From: Octopus sinensis
Taxonomy: Eukaryota
DNA: 38,030 nt
Assembly: GCF_006345805.1 (NCBI RefSeq)
Contig: NW_021835765.1
Coordinates: forward strand, 1-38,030
Reading direction: 5' to 3'
Under the pieces are notes generated by a model. It saw only the letters and a list, made by a program, of their open reading frames with translations, searched no databases and was not told where the DNA came from. How positions within the stretch are numbered: the stretch's first letter is position 1; every line of letters starts with the position of its first letter. Below are positions 35,645 to 38,030 of this stretch, piece by piece. The translations under genes were made by a program, and so were the position numbers.

Positions 35645-35894
35645 AAATAATCGCATATGTGGGAGAAGCATGGAGTCGATTAATAACAACAACAATTGTC
35701 AATTGTTGGATGAAAATAAACGAACAGAGAACATGTTTTCCTGAAATTAATTCAAAAAAAGAATCTGAATTAATTGATAAGCATGTTTTAGCTTTAATGG
35801 ATCTTGAAATAAACGGAATTGAGGATAATGATACTTTGTATAATGGAAATGATGAAATTGAAAGTCCGACTTAAAGATTCAATGAGAATAATTT

Positions 35895-36690
35895 CTTGTA
35901 AGCTCATGCGGACTCGTTGAAGGCTCTACTAACCAGATAAAGACTGGCTTGTTACCGTGCCAGCCGCCAACCGCATTCTGGCTCTTGCTTAACTGCCTTC
36001 CTTCGACCCATTTGGACACCTGTCTTGACTCCGACGCCCTCCGTTTTGGGCTTTGCCTCCGCCTCGGACTTTCCGATTGTAGTCCCCACCCCTGCCCTGT
36101 GCGGATCTCTTACTATGGACGTAATACGGGCTCCATGCCCTCTCCTGCAAGAAATCGCGGGTCGTATTAAAATTCCACATCCACGCCATTCGGCGATTAA
36201 CAGAATCATTCTCGAATCACTCGAAAGGCGTCTACCCTTCTGTCCTTGAGCCTAATGGTCTCGACCGTGGTGACGGAAAAGGCCGGACGGCTCTACGTTG
36301 TTCTCGTTTTATCTGGGAGACCTTGGGTCTGGGAATTCCATTGTGTGGATACCTTCTCAAAGTCTTTCATCAACGAATCGGACCTCTATTGCTGGGTCTC
36401 GTGCTAAAAGGCTGAGCTTTCGAAGTGCCGGAAAATATCAGTCTTTGATGGATGACTTTTGTTTTGGCCAATCGTTGTCGAGACTTCCGCGTCTTGCTCC
36501 GACCCTCAACTTCCCTAAAGAAAATTGGCACATCTTTGTTCTTCGCGGTCCAAGGACCCCCTAGGGAATTCTTTTCTTCCTCATTCAGAGGATCCTGCTG
36601 GCTGTCATGCGTTGCAACAGCTGTTCCCTCCGTCTCGCTGGGAGAATTATTAGTTTGTTGACTTTACTTATAGTTTGACCCTTGAACATT
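35895..36690 (+). mobile_element. CRE-clade retrotransposon 3' part, frameshifted
   Basis: Reads [72 protein letters not shown]. Confidence 0.8.
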
Positions 36691-36701
36691 TGATATGTTA
36701 T

Positions 36702-37490
36702 TGTCGTGTCTTATATCGTCCGGGCAGTTTATATCGTCCGGGGTGATGATCTACATTAATCATCTTTAATCATTTGTTAAACTTATGATTTTTATTAATT
36801 TAACCGAAAATTTTACGGAATTAATTAAAAAAAGATTTATTTATTTTAATTTATTATTATTGTTTTATCAAAAGCTCTTTCCGTTTTCTTGTCTGAGGTA
36901 GGATACTAAAAATGAGTCGGAAAATCTAGGGTTAGGCTAGGGTTAGGGTTATGCGCTAAAATTAACGATTTAGAAACCGGGGAAGAAATTAAAATTAGCA
37001 ATCAAGAATAAAAAAATTATAAAAATAACTTTAATTTTGAATTAATCTGTTTTTTTAAATTCTCTTCTTCCATATTTCTTCAAGCAATTCATAGTTTATA
37101 TTTTTAAAATCAGAACTGAATGATCGAAGTTTTTCATAAGAACCGTCTTTAAATAATATATAAAGACTTTAAAAATTTATTAAATTTATTGTAATAGAAA
37201 TTTAATTTTTAAAATTTTTAGAAATACAATTCTGCAGCATTAGAGAAAGTTAAAAATACAATTTTTTTAGAAAATTCCAAAACAATATAATATTTCCGGA
37301 TTTTTGCCCGCGATCATGTATAGTTTTGGTAAGATACCTTCCATTACTAATGTTCTGAACTCTGTGTTCTTTTTTATTTTTGTATTCATCTTTGCCGTTC
37401 GTGTCAAAGATGTTTAACAAATGATTAAAGATGATTAATGTAGATCATCACCCCGGACGAATAAAACGGGCCGGACGCATAATCACCACA
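36702..37490. mobile_element. non-autonomous TIR element (MITE), Ginger-like ends
   Basis: Termini TGT...ACA with a 5-bp TSD GTTAT (36697-36701 and 37491-37495). The inner TIR tcgtccggggtgatgatctacattaatcatctttaatcatttgttaaa is a perfect 48-bp match on both sides; the outer part is imperfect. The interior is AT-rich and non-coding. Confidence 0.85.
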
Positions 37491-38030
37491 GTTATTAATG
37501 ATCTTGAAACTTCCTTATTCAACACTTGCCCTGAAGGACTCAAAGAATACTATGAATTCAAGATAAATGTCGAAGATTCTAAGAAATAAATATAATATGG
37601 TTCAAAATAACTGATTATTTTTCATAGAATAAATTAATTCCTCTTTTTTAATACGAAAAAACATATTTTATTATTAAAACATCATATTTGCTTTTAAAAA
37701 GTAAAAATTATATATACCTCTACCTTAGGGGCACCCTCTATATTTGGGGCACTTTTCTATTGGGGCGGGGTCGTACTGTAATATGCTTACAAGCAATTAT
37801 ATGAGAATATTTTATAAAATAAATATTTTTTAGATATAGAAAATGTATAAAAATGGGAGAAATCAATTAAAATTTTCAGTCATTATTAATAATGTTTATA
37901 GAATGATTAAAATACATGATTCTTCAAACCAATAATTATTATAAAATAAAGGATCAAGGAACCAATAAACATAGAAATAATGAAAAAAACCATAAATAAC
38001 AAGTAAAACTATTCATCACAGAAAAATATA

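Larger units (their letters stand above)
35645..37778 (+). mobile_element. 3' half of another pogo/Tigger element, interrupted by a CRE and a MITE
   Basis: GEAWSRLITTTIVNCWMKI (pogo C-terminal motif) at 35659-35874. The tail reading YVINDLETSLFN..EDSKK* is continuous across the empty MITE site. A Tigger-type end ggggcggggtcgtactg|TA lies at 37762-37780. Grouping these pieces into one element is inferred. Confidence 0.55.

Noticed and set aside
1-38030. tRNA, rRNA or snRNA genes
   Set aside because: I recognised no cloverleaf, A/B-box pair or rRNA motif by eye; a covariance-model scan was not possible.

Overview
AT-rich eukaryotic nuclear DNA, standard genetic code, with uniformly tiny (22-28 nt) GT-AG introns. 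A dicyemid mesozoan is one candidate source, by inference only. Only one intact gene was found: ATG9 (7241-9137, 10 exons, 560 aa after hand-splicing). The rest is host-gene debris mixed with decayed, nested transposons. The host debris is a deletion-riddled axonemal dynein heavy chain (DNAH1-like) in three pieces plus a duplicated 410-bp piece, a PRMT5 fragment and several unidentified fragments. The transposons are hAT, Tc1, pogo/Tigger, CRE-clade non-LTR, Ginger-like TGT..ACA elements with 5-bp TSDs, and a Helitron carrying a ~3.4-kb array of ~94-bp repeats. The most unusual signals are: (1) a G-rich to C-rich strand-skew flip at the midpoint of ATG9 that also affects its introns and amino-acid content; (2) a satellite apparently derived from Helitron helicase coding sequence, in a Helitron inserted inside the start codon of a Ginger-like transposase; (3) a CRE retrotransposon with a twin-priming-like 5' inversion; (4) host-type tiny introns inside transposase genes. 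All homology calls come from recalled motifs and hand translation; no database search was run.
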